Below, in pieces: positions 38,556-48,616 of a DNA stretch of 64,000 nt; the first letter of the stretch is position 1; the number at the start of each line of letters is the position of its first letter. Location: NCBI GenBank assembly GCA_963828195.1, contig CAWHDT010000008.1:136844-200843 (forward strand), written 5' to 3'. The DNA comes from Candidatus Bathyarchaeota archaeon. Its GTDB lineage: Archaea; Thermoproteota; Bathyarchaeia; Bathyarchaeales; Bathycorpusculaceae. The notes under the pieces are model-generated. The model saw only the letters and a program-made list of their open reading frames with translations. It had not been told where the DNA came from and searched no databases. Made by a program: the position numbers and the translations under genes.

Positions 38556-39107
38556 GTGTCCGCAAAGACCCAAGTTAACCTTGCCTCGGCATATAGGCTT
38601 CTTCACCCAATGCACACTATACTGGTTTCATGCGTGGGAAAAGCAGGCAAACCCAACATTACCACACTTGCGTGGGCGATGCCAACATCAATTAACCCGC
38701 CGCTTTTAGCCATCAGCCTCGCACCCAGCCGCCACTCACACACCCTGATTGAAGAATCAGGCGAATTCATAGTGAACATTCCAACCTTGGAGACCCTTCA
38801 AGCCGTCTACGCATGCGGCTCCTTAACGGGAAGAAGCTTTGACAAATTCAAAAAAACAAACCTAACGCCTATGCCTGGCAAAAAGGTTAAAGCGCCAGCA
38901 ATACGCGAATGCATAGCACACTTGGAATGCAGTGTTGAAGACAAATTTACAACAGGCGACCACACGGTTTTCGTGGGCAAAATACTTGACGCCTACGCCG
39001 ACATGGGTATCTTTACGGAGAGTTTTGACCTCAAAAAGGCAAGAATGCTCTATCATACGGGCGGCAACAACTTTGCAATTCTTGACCCCAAAATCTACAA
39101 AGCCTAA
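38556..39107 (+). CDS. Flavin reductase family protein
   Basis: PNITTLAW, PPLLAISL, AHLEC, GDHTVFVG. Confidence 0.9.
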   Translation: MSAKTQVNLASAYRLLHPMHTILVSCVGKAGKPNITTLAWAMPTSINPPLLAISLAPSRHSHTLIEESGEFIVNIPTLETLQAVYACGSLTGRSFDKFKKTNLTPMPGKKVKAPAIRECIAHLECSVEDKFTTGDHTVFVGKILDAYADMGIFTESFDLKKARMLYHTGGNNFAILDPKIYKA

Positions 39108-39195
39108 AACACCAAGTTCCACAAGTGACTAGCGTGTAGGTTACCCATTTAAGCATCTACACAATAATCCAATCTATCACGGCAAGTGAAATAAG

Positions 39196-40098
39196 ATGCC
39201 ATACGATAAAGAAGAACTTGAAAAATTCCGCCTGTCGGGGAAGATTCTGCGTGAAGCAAGAGAAGAAATGAGAGCTGTCGTTAAAGAAAATATGGCTGTC
39301 ATTGATGTCTGCGAGAAAACTGAAGGATTGATTAGGGCTAAAGGCGGCAAACCAGCTTTTCCCTGCAACGTCAGCATCAACGAGGTTGCTGCACATTATA
39401 CTTCGCCTCCGGGTGATACGCTGAGGATTCCTGAAGGGTCCACGGTAAAAGTGGATTTAGGCGTGCATGTAGATGGCTACGTTACGGACACTGCGTTTAC
39501 CGTGTCTTTCAATACGGAAGGCAGAAGCATGGTGAACACTGCTGAGCAGGCTTTGAAAGTTGTGTTAGAAAACATTCATGGGGATATGGCTTTGAGCAAA
39601 ATCGGCAGCTTAGTTGAGACGACAATAAAAAACCGCGGCTTTAAACCTATTTCGAACTTGACGGGTCACTCGGTTGGGAGATACCTGATTCACGCAGGAA
39701 CATCTATACCTAATGTGGCTCAAGTATCGCTTACGAAGGTGAAAACAGGCGAAGTTTACGCTATTGAGCCATTCGTCACCTTACCTGATGCAGTCGGCCG
39801 CGTTGATGATAGCCCGCAAACTACCATTTACCGTTTACTTAAAGCAAAATCAATAAAAAACGAGTCAGCCAAAATAATGCTCAAATACATTGAGTCTAAT
39901 TTTAGAACACTGCCTTTTGCCGAAAGATGGCTGATCGGCGTGGTTCCGAAAGAGCAGCACAAAGCCGCCTTCAAAGAGTTGCTTGCGTCAAAATCAATTA
40001 TGAGTTACCCAGTATTTGTTGAGGTAAGCAAAAAACCCGTTGCTCAAGCCGAGCACACGGTGCTGTTAAAGGATGATGGCTGCGAAGTTTTAACTTAA
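39196..40098 (+). CDS. map: Methionine aminopeptidase type II
   Basis: AFPCNVSINEVAAHY, DLGVHVDGYVTDTA, NLTGH, AIEPF, QAEHT. Confidence 0.97.
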   Translation: MPYDKEELEKFRLSGKILREAREEMRAVVKENMAVIDVCEKTEGLIRAKGGKPAFPCNVSINEVAAHYTSPPGDTLRIPEGSTVKVDLGVHVDGYVTDTAFTVSFNTEGRSMVNTAEQALKVVLENIHGDMALSKIGSLVETTIKNRGFKPISNLTGHSVGRYLIHAGTSIPNVAQVSLTKVKTGEVYAIEPFVTLPDAVGRVDDSPQTTIYRLLKAKSIKNESAKIMLKYIESNFRTLPFAERWLIGVVPKEQHKAAFKELLASKSIMSYPVFVEVSKKPVAQAEHTVLLKDDGCEVLT

Positions 40099-40529
40099 AC
40101 GTTGTATGTTTTTTCTTTCTCTTTGACTTCCTTGTAGACCGCAGTGATTAGCTGTTTTGTGTCGGGGCATTTCGGGCATGGATCCAAGTCTTTGTAGACG
40201 TAGTCGCCACGTTGGAATTCACGCATTGTTTTGGTTCCGCATTTTTTGCATTCGATGGTTGTCATTACTTTGGGTACTTCAATTTTCATTTCTGCTGCTT
40301 GTCTACGTGACTGATACAGCGTGAAAATTGACATGCTTAAAGCGATGGCGCCGATAACTGCGAGGAAACCCGCTGTTAAGTCAGCTTGAGCTGCGGTGGG
40401 AGTGGCGCTTACGTAGACGCCGACTGCCAATATTATGGAGATTACTGATAGCACTAGAACAATTACAACTATCGTCATGATGTAGCTTGAGATTTTTTTG
40501 TTTCCGGCGGATGTTTGATTTTGGGTCAT
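40095..40529 (-). CDS. Membrane protein with C-terminal Zn ribbon
   Basis: Two TM helices then CKKC...REFQRGDYV...CPKC. Confidence 0.75.
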   Translation of the reverse strand: MTQNQTSAGNKKISSYIMTIVVIVLVLSVISIILAVGVYVSATPTAAQADLTAGFLAVIGAIALSMSIFTLYQSRRQAAEMKIEVPKVMTTIECKKCGTKTMREFQRGDYVYKDLDPCPKCPDTKQLITAVYKEVKEKEKTYNV

Positions 40530-40541
40530 TTTTTAATCCTC

Positions 40542-41645
40542 CTATTGTCCAACTCCGATGGAGTTGCCGACGCCTACGATTATTATTTTGTCGCCTTCTT
40601 TGGTTTGTTCCATGATAACTGCTTTGAGGCGTTCGATGACTTTGTCTACGGCATCGTTGATTTCTTTGCGCAGCGGTGATACTGCGTCGCCTATGTCCTC
40701 TTTGACTATTATGGCATTTATCGGGATATGATATTTTGCAAGTTTTGCTTCAATCTTGAACTGGTCTACTCCTGGTCCGCCGATTGCCGCGCCGATTCCT
40801 TCTGCAACTTCTCCTAGTGTTTCGCCTTCAAGCTTTAAGCCAGCATCGATCATTATTACGTTAGCGATTTTACCCTCGTTTTCTTCGATGACTGCTTCAA
40901 CTGCATCTCCTGGTTTGCCGACGTTTCCGCCTGGACCTTCAGCTTTTATGATTAAAGCTGTGCGTCCTTCAAGTGGGACTGTAGCCATAACGCAGTCTTT
41001 TGGCAGTTTGCGGATTTCGTAGCCATGCATTAGTTTTGCAGCTACCAATGGTCCCGCGCCGTCGCCGATTGGTTGCCCATACGCGAAGGCTTTCAGAGCG
41101 CTTGCATACGCTTCGGCTTCTTTCATAACCATTGGCAATATCATTTGAATTTGCATTATCACGTAGAGGCTTAGGGTTTTTTTGCCTTGTATGTAGTAGT
41201 GCCTCACGACTTTGTAGATGAAGTTCAACGCCATCGCGGCTTCCAAAGTGTTTTCTAAATTGTTCACCTGGACGTCGTCGCATCCTGGCGCCATCAGTTT
41301 AACCTCGTCTTTTAATCGTGTGTCTCTAACATCAAGGATATGATCAAGCTTGTAAACGATGCCGGCTGGATCCATGCTCTGCGGACCGATGGTGAAATAA
41401 TCCAAATAGCGGTCTACGCGAGCTGTAGGATCAACTGTTGGTTTGCCAATTTCTTTTATGGCATCTATGGCGTTTTTACGCCCTTCCTCTTTTATGAACT
41501 TTAATTTATGAAGAGAGTTTTCTACCTCACGAATCATAACGTACATTTGGATTCGTTGACCATAGAAAATTAAGACTATGAAGAAGCCGTACGAAGCGAG
41601 GCTCAATATCTGCAGAACCGCGTCATTTCCCGAAAGAAGACTCAA
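40542..41645 (-). CDS. DUF1512 family protein
   Basis: PIGDGAGPLVA, KAEGPGGNVG, IDAGLKLEGE, GVGNSIGVGQ. Confidence 0.85.
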   Translation of the reverse strand: MSLLSGNDAVLQILSLASYGFFIVLIFYGQRIQMYVMIREVENSLHKLKFIKEEGRKNAIDAIKEIGKPTVDPTARVDRYLDYFTIGPQSMDPAGIVYKLDHILDVRDTRLKDEVKLMAPGCDDVQVNNLENTLEAAMALNFIYKVVRHYYIQGKKTLSLYVIMQIQMILPMVMKEAEAYASALKAFAYGQPIGDGAGPLVAAKLMHGYEIRKLPKDCVMATVPLEGRTALIIKAEGPGGNVGKPGDAVEAVIEENEGKIANVIMIDAGLKLEGETLGEVAEGIGAAIGGPGVDQFKIEAKLAKYHIPINAIIVKEDIGDAVSPLRKEINDAVDKVIERLKAVIMEQTKEGDKIIIVGVGNSIGVGQ

Positions 41646-41727
41646 TGTTTACACCACTTCCAAAAAACTATTAACGGTTAGTTATAAAGCTATGCCAAAT
41701 CTACCTAAATTTTTATAAGAATAAGTA

Positions 41728-41849
41728 GGCTGCCAGCTTTCCCAGGTTCGCATGGCCTAAGACCACACTACAGCTGGAAACGGAGCACAGTTTAACTTCT
41801 GAGTTCGGAATGGGATCAGGTGGAACCCGTGCCCTTTGACCGGCAAACC
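41728..41849 (-). rRNA. rrf: 5S rRNA (not linked to 16S/23S genes)
   Basis: Reverse complement contains CACCTGATCCCATTCCGAACTCAGAAGTTAA; the ends pair (GGTTTGCCGG / CTGGCAGCC); about 122 nt. Confidence 0.92.
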
Positions 41850-41970
41850 CAGCAATACTCCTCAGCTTTCCTTCATTAACCTTTCGCTTTTCACATGCGG
41901 GATTATTGAATAGTTTTCGTGGGGGCTTGTTTTCGGGTTGTTTTTTTGGTTTAGGGTTTGAGGTGTTTGC

Positions 41971-42051
41971 AGGTTGCGTCTTTTCCCGTTGTCTTCCGTT
42001 TTTCTGCGTGCTTCCCCGTTCTTCTGCGTTGATTGCCGTTTATTTTCCGTT
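41971..42051 (+). repeat. Degenerate 10-bp-period tandem array (consensus about YTTYYSCGTT, 8 units)
   Basis: CGT at the same offset in 7 consecutive 10-mers plus one 11-mer. Confidence 0.75.
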
Positions 42052-42187
42052 CTAAAAGACTGCAGTTGAGAACTTCGTTAGAGGCTGAAGCGTGCCGCTT
42101 AAGGAAACAAGGTTACTTTGCACTCATGACCGCATCTATTATATATGCGACCTCCGGACAAGGAAGAATACATCAGGATGTGTAAAA

Positions 42188-42835
42188 ATGAAGGTTTTAG
42201 CCATTAACGGAAGCCCAAGAAAGAATAGAAACACGGCAGTGTTGCTAAAGAATGCCCTTGATGGCGCCGCTTCGCAGGGAGCAGAGACCGAACTCGTTCA
42301 TTTATGCGACCTTGACTACAAGGGATGCACTAGCTGCTTAGCCTGCAAGCTAAAGAACGGAAAGAGCTATGGCAAATGCGCACTGCGGGACGGACTCAGC
42401 CCAATACTGGACAAAATTCCGAACGTCGATGCCTTAATCTTAGGATCGCCAGTCTACTTCGGCTCAATGACCGGAGAGATGTGGTCGTTTATAGAGCGGC
42501 TCTCTTACCCATACCTTTCCCTCGACCCTATGGGGGATTCGCTTTTCCCCAAGAAGATCAAGATGGGGTTCATCATAACATTATCGATGGGCGAGAATCG
42601 CATGAAAGAGCTGGGGTTAGATCGCCATTTTGAGACTACAGCGATGATTGTAAGCAGGCTTTTTGGCTCGCATGAATTGCTGGTGGCCGCTGGCACAAGC
42701 CTGTGGTGTTCCGATGACTACACAAAGTATATCCGTTCGACCGATGAGGTCGCCGAGGCTAAGCAGCGCAGTGAAGAAAGGTTCCCGATCGATTGCCAGA
42801 AAGCCTTCGACATGGGAGTGAGATTCGCAAAGTAG
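42188..42835 (+). CDS. Iron-sulfur flavoprotein / flavodoxin family protein
   Basis: MKVLAINGSPRKNRNT, CTSCLAC...C, GSPVYF; ATG at 42188. Confidence 0.9.
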   Translation: MKVLAINGSPRKNRNTAVLLKNALDGAASQGAETELVHLCDLDYKGCTSCLACKLKNGKSYGKCALRDGLSPILDKIPNVDALILGSPVYFGSMTGEMWSFIERLSYPYLSLDPMGDSLFPKKIKMGFIITLSMGENRMKELGLDRHFETTAMIVSRLFGSHELLVAAGTSLWCSDDYTKYIRSTDEVAEAKQRSEERFPIDCQKAFDMGVRFAK

Positions 42836-43290
42836 CCCGAACAAAACTTACCTCAAGATTCATCTGTCATATTTTCTTAACTCTATGAAATTCAACTTCC
42901 TTAACCTTTTAAAAAAGGTAGAGGTTGCGTTTCGCTAAGAGAAAACTGGAAGGTGATATCACCACTCCGACAGTATGCCATGATAGGCTACGAGCCCTTT
43001 TCCACGTCTAAACCACTAGTATACGATGCTAAGGTGGTACCTGTGTACTAGCTCCTTTAGCTACGGATTTCGTGTTTCTGAGGGCAGACTCGATATTTAG
43101 ACTTTGCATGTCTGTCAATCTGGTTTTAGGTTTTCTAAAGTAAGGAACATTCAATGAAAAGATAAAGCAGACCCCATACTTCAACAAGTAATATCGGGAC
43201 AAGGCAGCGCTAGGCAAACTTTTTAATCTGTAGACTGAGGCAGCTTGTTTTAGGACGCAAATTCTTAAAGCAAGTTACATCCATCAATTA

Positions 43291-43905
43291 TTGAGGAATC
43301 AAGGGTTGCTTGAGCCCAAAAAAGCTGGAAAACAAAGATTCGGAGGCGCCACGGGAATATTGGCACCCATAATTGCGTTTACCTGCATTCTGTTAGCCAT
43401 CGCATCCTACCCTGCTTTCAGCTGGACGAGAAATGCCTTAAGCGATTTAGGCGTAGTAGCAGGCAAAACGGGTTTACTCTTTAATTTCGGGCTAGTTGCC
43501 AGCGGACTTTTAGCCTTAAATTTTGCAGTATTTGGCTTGTACGCTTACCTTGGAAAAAGTTGGGTTGGCAAAATCGGCGCAGCAGCCTTTGCAGCTGCAA
43601 CAATAGCACTTATCGCCATTGGAGTTTTTAACGAGCACTATGCCGGAATACACTACGCAGTTTCAGTAGCGTTCTTCACGCTAATGCCCATAGCAATGTT
43701 CATTATAACCTGCGCTTTTCTGCTTGCTCACCGGGGACAAATGGCTCTTTTCACAGTTTCAACTGGGGTTGCCGCCGCACTGCCTTGGCTACTGTTGTTT
43801 GCCTTTAAGTATGTTCCAAATGTGGCTATTCCAGAATTCGTGTCGGGACTCATCGTTTCAGCATGGACCATTACCCTGTGCTACAAAATGTTAAAACAAC
43901 ACTAA
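43291..43905 (+). CDS. DUF998 family membrane protein
   Basis: FSWTRNALSDLG, FNFGL, IGVFNE, VAIPE. Confidence 0.8.
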   Translation: MRNQGLLEPKKAGKQRFGGATGILAPIIAFTCILLAIASYPAFSWTRNALSDLGVVAGKTGLLFNFGLVASGLLALNFAVFGLYAYLGKSWVGKIGAAAFAAATIALIAIGVFNEHYAGIHYAVSVAFFTLMPIAMFIITCAFLLAHRGQMALFTVSTGVAAALPWLLLFAFKYVPNVAIPEFVSGLIVSAWTITLCYKMLKQH

Positions 43906-43911
43906 AGCCGA

Positions 43912-44913
43912 TTACTTCTTGATTTTTTCTGCAGCATCCAAGTACATTTGTGCGCAGCAATAAGAAGAAAAAGAAGTTACGAAGCCCATGCATTGCGCGT
44001 ATTTTACAGCTTCTTCAGCGGGAAAAGCAATAGCGTCTACCCCGGCTTTCAACGCCAAAACGTCTGTTTCGCTTCGCGATGCCCCTTTGGGTCTCATGCA
44101 ACCCAAAATCAACGGGGTTTCTGGAAACATCAACCGCGCAACAGACGCAACTTTGGCTATGTCGATTGGTTTGGGCGGCGTCGTTTTCTCCATGGCTGTT
44201 CCACGTATGGGCATGAACGCAATTATTACAAGGGCAGACGGTTTGACTCTGCTTATCATCTGGAGCGCTTCTAATTCCCCGTCTAATTTGCCCCCATTTA
44301 AGCCGACGATAACATGAGGCACAAAATTTGACCCTGATTTATCCAAAGCTTCTAACGAATCCACATAATCTTTCAAAGTTATATGCAGGTTGTAGATTTT
44401 TTTAATAGTTTCTTCCGAGCCTAGAACATCGATTAATGCAGCATCAACTTTCGCCTTCATTAATGCACCGGCAGTTTCAAGATTTATTATGCCTGTGTGG
44501 ACAAAAACCGTTAAACCGAGCTCCCGCTTAATTCGCTCAATCGTTGGCACGAACCAGTTAAGCGGCACCGAACCATCAGTTAAACATCCTCCACTGATAA
44601 GGCAGCCTTGAGCGCCGCCCTTTTTCAGCTTGGCGCTTAATTCAAAAAGTTCCTCGGGCGAGCCCGCTGGACTCATGGTTTCAAGCACTTTGCCCCCGCA
44701 ATGCTTGCAATTCAACGCGCAAGAGCTGCCGGTCACCGAAATTGTCGGGAAAGCCGTTGGGGACGAGCAGTAATATTTTGTTTTGTAGTATGTGAAGCTT
44801 GGAGCGTAAAAACGAATTTGTTTAGGCTTAGGCGTAAAGTAGCCTGATTCCAGTAGCCCTAAGAGGCCTTTTTCGTTCAGGTTCCAAACTGTTTCGGGAG
44901 CGAGAATAGTCAT
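43912..44913 (-). CDS. Radical SAM protein (COG1856 / LipS1-like)
   Basis: ISVTGSSCALNCKHC, GCLISGG, LGCMRP, terminal CC. Confidence 0.85.
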   Translation of the reverse strand: MTILAPETVWNLNEKGLLGLLESGYFTPKPKQIRFYAPSFTYYKTKYYCSSPTAFPTISVTGSSCALNCKHCGGKVLETMSPAGSPEELFELSAKLKKGGAQGCLISGGCLTDGSVPLNWFVPTIERIKRELGLTVFVHTGIINLETAGALMKAKVDAALIDVLGSEETIKKIYNLHITLKDYVDSLEALDKSGSNFVPHVIVGLNGGKLDGELEALQMISRVKPSALVIIAFMPIRGTAMEKTTPPKPIDIAKVASVARLMFPETPLILGCMRPKGASRSETDVLALKAGVDAIAFPAEEAVKYAQCMGFVTSFSSYCCAQMYLDAAEKIKK

Positions 44914-45098
44914 GTTTTTTCACTCTAAGAGTCTTTGCGTTGCTTAATAGCTTAGTGTAAGGTAAATTCTCTCCAAAAAGAATCCGTTTAACCAGCGAAA
45001 AACCGCCATTTTGCCTGCTTACTTCCACAAAATGTATGCGAACTTTAAATATTAAAAAATTTATAGTTTAACATGCAAGTGCAGTTTTAGGTTTAAAT

Positions 45099-46271
45099 AT
45101 GAACAGAAAAGAACTATTTCAATTATTCAAAACTTCATTCAAGAACTGGCTAAGCAACAACGCGCCGATAAGGGCGGCAGCATTAACATTCTTCATTATT
45201 CTCCCCCTGCCCTCACTTTTACTTATTGTAGTGGCTGGTTTTGCATTGTTTTATGGTCACGCTCAAGCCATCCACTTGTTGATACAGCAAATAACGGCGC
45301 TTGCAGGGCCAGCTGTAGCAGGATTATTCAACCAATTGCTTGCAAGCTCAACTTCACCCTTCTCATCCCTTTGGGTTTCTGTCACAACATTGGCTTTTTC
45401 TTTAGGTGGAGCAATCGGTGCCTTTGCCGTCCTACGTGACACAATGGATACTGTCTGGGAAATTAAATCGACAAAAGCGCCAAGTTTCACAAGAATGGTG
45501 CGAAAAAGAATCGGACCATTTATCGTTGTTTCTGTTCTTGGATTAATTGTGATAGCTTGGACTGGAGTGGCATCTCTTCTTTTTGGAACGATTAAGTTTT
45601 TCTCAGTAAATGGAACCCTAACCCTGATTGTGATAACAATAGCGCGAATACTATCGTTGTTTGGTTTATCCGTGTTACTTTTTGCCTTAACTTACAAGTT
45701 GATTCCCGACACCAAGGTTCACTGGAGAGACGTCGCATTAGCCTCAGTGTTGGCAGGCGTGGCTTTCACCGTAACTAACTATATCATCGGAACCTACGTT
45801 GAAACCTTCACAGTCACCACAATCATTGGAGCCGCAGGTTCACTAATGATTATTCTACTGTGGATTTTTATCCTAAACCAAATTATGCTGTTCGGCGCCC
45901 AATTATCAAAAGTTTACGCCACAACCTACTCTGGGGAACACACAAAGCAACATTTGCCTCAAACAGCGGCGAAAAAAATAGTCAAGTCCATTGAAAGAGC
46001 GGGACAGAAAATAGAGCAAGCAACAAAAGGAAATGATACAGCAACACAAAAAACGATCGCACAAAAACCTGAAGCCGAAAAAACAACTGTGAAAACCTCA
46101 ATTCAAACTCCGAAGAAAGAGGGAAGAGCTGAGGAAAAAGACGTCGAAACTAAGCAGCTGCCGATGGAAGAAAAAACAGAAGAAGCGGAACCCGAAAAAC
46201 CTGACGAAGGCAAAGTAGAAGTTACCGTTAAAATTAAAACTCCTGATAAGAAGCCGAAAAGTAACGATTAA
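45099..46271 (+). CDS. YihY/BrkB family membrane protein with charged C-terminal tail
   Basis: AAALTFF, GAAGSLMIILLW, LFGAQL. Confidence 0.88.
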   Translation: MNRKELFQLFKTSFKNWLSNNAPIRAAALTFFIILPLPSLLLIVVAGFALFYGHAQAIHLLIQQITALAGPAVAGLFNQLLASSTSPFSSLWVSVTTLAFSLGGAIGAFAVLRDTMDTVWEIKSTKAPSFTRMVRKRIGPFIVVSVLGLIVIAWTGVASLLFGTIKFFSVNGTLTLIVITIARILSLFGLSVLLFALTYKLIPDTKVHWRDVALASVLAGVAFTVTNYIIGTYVETFTVTTIIGAAGSLMIILLWIFILNQIMLFGAQLSKVYATTYSGEHTKQHLPQTAAKKIVKSIERAGQKIEQATKGNDTATQKTIAQKPEAEKTTVKTSIQTPKKEGRAEEKDVETKQLPMEEKTEEAEPEKPDEGKVEVTVKIKTPDKKPKSND

Positions 46272-46321
46272 TCATGTTTGACGCGAATTGTTTGAAAAAT
46301 CATGGGCGCTAACGCTAAATA

Positions 46322-46669
46322 TTGATGCTTTATATCATAGTTAATATGCGCCACGTTAAAACGTCCTTCTTTCTAAGCGGCTTGTTTCTATGCATTGAAG
46401 TGTTTCTGCTTTACCTCTGCCTTTCCGCAAAAGTCTACTTTGTAGGTGTTCCTTTTCTTGCACTTACTCTGTTAGATGTTTATCGGCTAAACCGTAAAAT
46501 AGGATTCTTAAAAAACCACCCGAGCCGCCGAGAACAAGAAGAAAGAAGCAACTCGCGGCAGCAGGCACGCGGCTACTATTGGAATCTCTGGTTCCGATTC
46601 GCCGACGCTCACGAACACGAATTTATTTCACAGAAATTCCATGAACGCATCAGAAAAATTAGTAAATGA
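46322..46669 (+). CDS. Small membrane hypothetical protein
   Basis: Two TM helices followed by a soluble tail. Confidence 0.5.
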   Translation: MMLYIIVNMRHVKTSFFLSGLFLCIEVFLLYLCLSAKVYFVGVPFLALTLLDVYRLNRKIGFLKNHPSRREQEERSNSRQQARGYYWNLWFRFADAHEHEFISQKFHERIRKISK

Positions 46670-46687
46670 TTCTTTTGAAGTAGAAGC

Positions 46688-46765
46688 TGGTGGGCCGAGG
46701 CGGATTTGAACTGCCGACCTTTCGATTATCAGTCGAACGCTCCAGCCGTGCTGAGCTACCGGCCC
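46688..46765 (-). tRNA. tRNA-Ile(GAU), CCA encoded
   Basis: GGGCCGGTAGCTCAG...TTCGA-CTGATAA-TCGAA...GTTCAAATC...GGCCCACCA. Confidence 0.95.
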
Positions 46766-46853
46766 ACCGTATAGGGTACTGAAATTAAATATTATGTTAG
46801 TTTATAAGAATTGCCGTAATTCTTTAATGCAACTCCATTATTGTTTTGTCAAG

Positions 46854-46929
46854 GGGCTCGTAGCCTAGCACGGATTAAGGTGTCGGCCTTCGGAGCCGGA
46901 GATCGTGGGTTCAAATCCCACCGGGCCCG
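46854..46929 (+). tRNA. tRNA-Arg(UCG)
   Basis: GGGCTCGTAGCCTAG...TCGGC-CTTCGGA-GCCGG...GGTTCAAATCC...GGGCCCG; divergent from tRNA-Ile. Confidence 0.95.
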
Positions 46930-47030
46930 CTTCTTTTGAAAAGCAGACAGTGGGTACTTCAGTTTTGGCCGATGGTCTACAAACGAGGATTAAATAAGAA
47001 AACCGAACTATGCTATGATGAGGCATCCAT

Positions 47031-47555
47031 TTGACAAACGATGATTATGCCACTGAAAAAGACATGCAGCAAGCAGAAGTTTTTGATGCATTGGGGCATC
47101 CTACACGAGTTGTTATTTTGAAGGCTTTAAGTGAAGGACCAGCCGGTTTTGCTGAGTTAAAAAAGAAAACTGGGATCGAAAGCAGCGGTCACCTTTTACA
47201 TCACTTAAACAAACTCGGAGGCTTGGTAAAAACTGATGAGTACGGCAAATACTGTCTTTCAGATCAAGGAAGAGACGCTTTGCTAAGCGTGCAAACTGTA
47301 GAAAAGGTTGCAGACCTAAAAGCAAATAGAAAGGCTGCAAACTACCTTGAACACGCAGAAACGATCTTGAAAGGTCTTTTTGTTGCGTTTGCTGCTCTTT
47401 TAGTTCTAAGTTCTGCAACAGCATTTTACCAATTAAAAGAGATGGGGCTGTTTGAGCAGACTATTTTTATAGCCGTTGGCTTTTTTGCGTGCTTGGGCGC
47501 TTATCTTCGAATACAAGCCGAATATGTCTCAAAAGTAGAACCAGCACCAAACTGA
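47031..47555 (+). CDS. ArsR-like wHTH regulator with two C-terminal TM helices
   Basis: FDALGHPTRVVILKAL...SSGHLLHHLNKL...Y.LSDQG followed by hydrophobic helices. Confidence 0.85.
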   Translation: MTNDDYATEKDMQQAEVFDALGHPTRVVILKALSEGPAGFAELKKKTGIESSGHLLHHLNKLGGLVKTDEYGKYCLSDQGRDALLSVQTVEKVADLKANRKAANYLEHAETILKGLFVAFAALLVLSSATAFYQLKEMGLFEQTIFIAVGFFACLGAYLRIQAEYVSKVEPAPN

Positions 47556-47588
47556 AAGGTAAAAAATGAAACTAACAATTTGGGTTGG

Positions 47589-48449
47589 TTATGCATTTAG
47601 TAGTTTTAGTTGTCGCATTAATGCTTCTCTATCGTTGGGTTGCCGCATCCACAGTTCACGTTTTTCCCTGAATTGGTCGCCTGTGATTTTTCCTTTTGCT
47701 TGCAGCGCACCGAGCAGCTTCACAAATTCGCCTAGTTCCAGCTGTTCCTTGGTTACTGCGTTTCGTGTTTTTCCCTCTCCCGTCGGGTGAGGCGCGGCTT
47801 TTTCTTGGTCCGGCGGCGGGTAAGCATTGTATAGGAATCTAGCGAAATAAGTGATTTCCCAAGGTTTAGTTATCGGCTGGGTTTCTTTTGCGGCCAGCAG
47901 TTCGGACGTTAAGGATGCGTACTCTTCTCCCAGCGAATAATACTTTCTTGGGTTCGGTTTATCCACAACTTTGCTAACGAAAAACTTTAGGTGGGGCGTG
48001 CTGAAAATCGGAAGCACTTTGCCGCTTTCATAGTTGAAGCAAAAGATAGTTTTTTTGGCAATATGTTTGTCTCCGCCTAAATGGCTTATGGTTTCCCATC
48101 GAGCATCCACTTTTTCGGCAAGCGACTTCTTTTGGTCAACAACTATGCGAAGCAAAGCTTTGAAGTCTTCAAGCTGCAACCTGACGTTTCGGTAAACCGT
48201 GGAGCCTTGAACGGTTAGGTGCCCAAGCGGAGCAAGATAATACTCTAAATAACGAAAAAACTCGCCTACTTCACCCGAACTCGCCCTGAAAACATCGTCA
48301 CCAGTCAACCAATCTATTGACTGAGGATTTTCAGCGAAAGGAAATTTCACTCTAAAATCCTTCAACAGCAAAAGCGCTTTTTCTATCTCAGCCTTCATTG
48401 ATCCGTCTTTGTCAAAGGCATTTGCTTTCTCTATCATCGAATTTCCCAT
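47589..48449 (-). CDS. Hypothetical protein with SHOCT-like C-terminus
   Basis: 286 aa; LLGALQAKGKITGDQFREKR resembles SHOCT. Confidence 0.6.
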   Translation of the reverse strand: MGNSMIEKANAFDKDGSMKAEIEKALLLLKDFRVKFPFAENPQSIDWLTGDDVFRASSGEVGEFFRYLEYYLAPLGHLTVQGSTVYRNVRLQLEDFKALLRIVVDQKKSLAEKVDARWETISHLGGDKHIAKKTIFCFNYESGKVLPIFSTPHLKFFVSKVVDKPNPRKYYSLGEEYASLTSELLAAKETQPITKPWEITYFARFLYNAYPPPDQEKAAPHPTGEGKTRNAVTKEQLELGEFVKLLGALQAKGKITGDQFREKRELWMRQPNDREALMRQLKLLNA

Positions 48450-48616
48450 TGCTATTTCAACCCCATCTTTATTTTAAATTTGCCCTAAAGAACATTTGCA
48501 ATCGACAAAGTCAAAAAGAAATCACTTGCCTTCTTAAGACTGCTATTTCCCGTAAACTAAATCGTATTGTGACAGCTAAAAAATGGGTTTTTAGAGATGT
48601 GTGTCTTGATACGGGT

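Noticed and set aside
41971-42051. The periodic array as a CRISPR array
   Set aside because: Units are 10 bp, degenerate and have no spacers.
46688-46929. The tRNA pair as the attachment site of an integrated element
   Set aside because: I found no duplicated tRNA 3' end and no integrase in the window.
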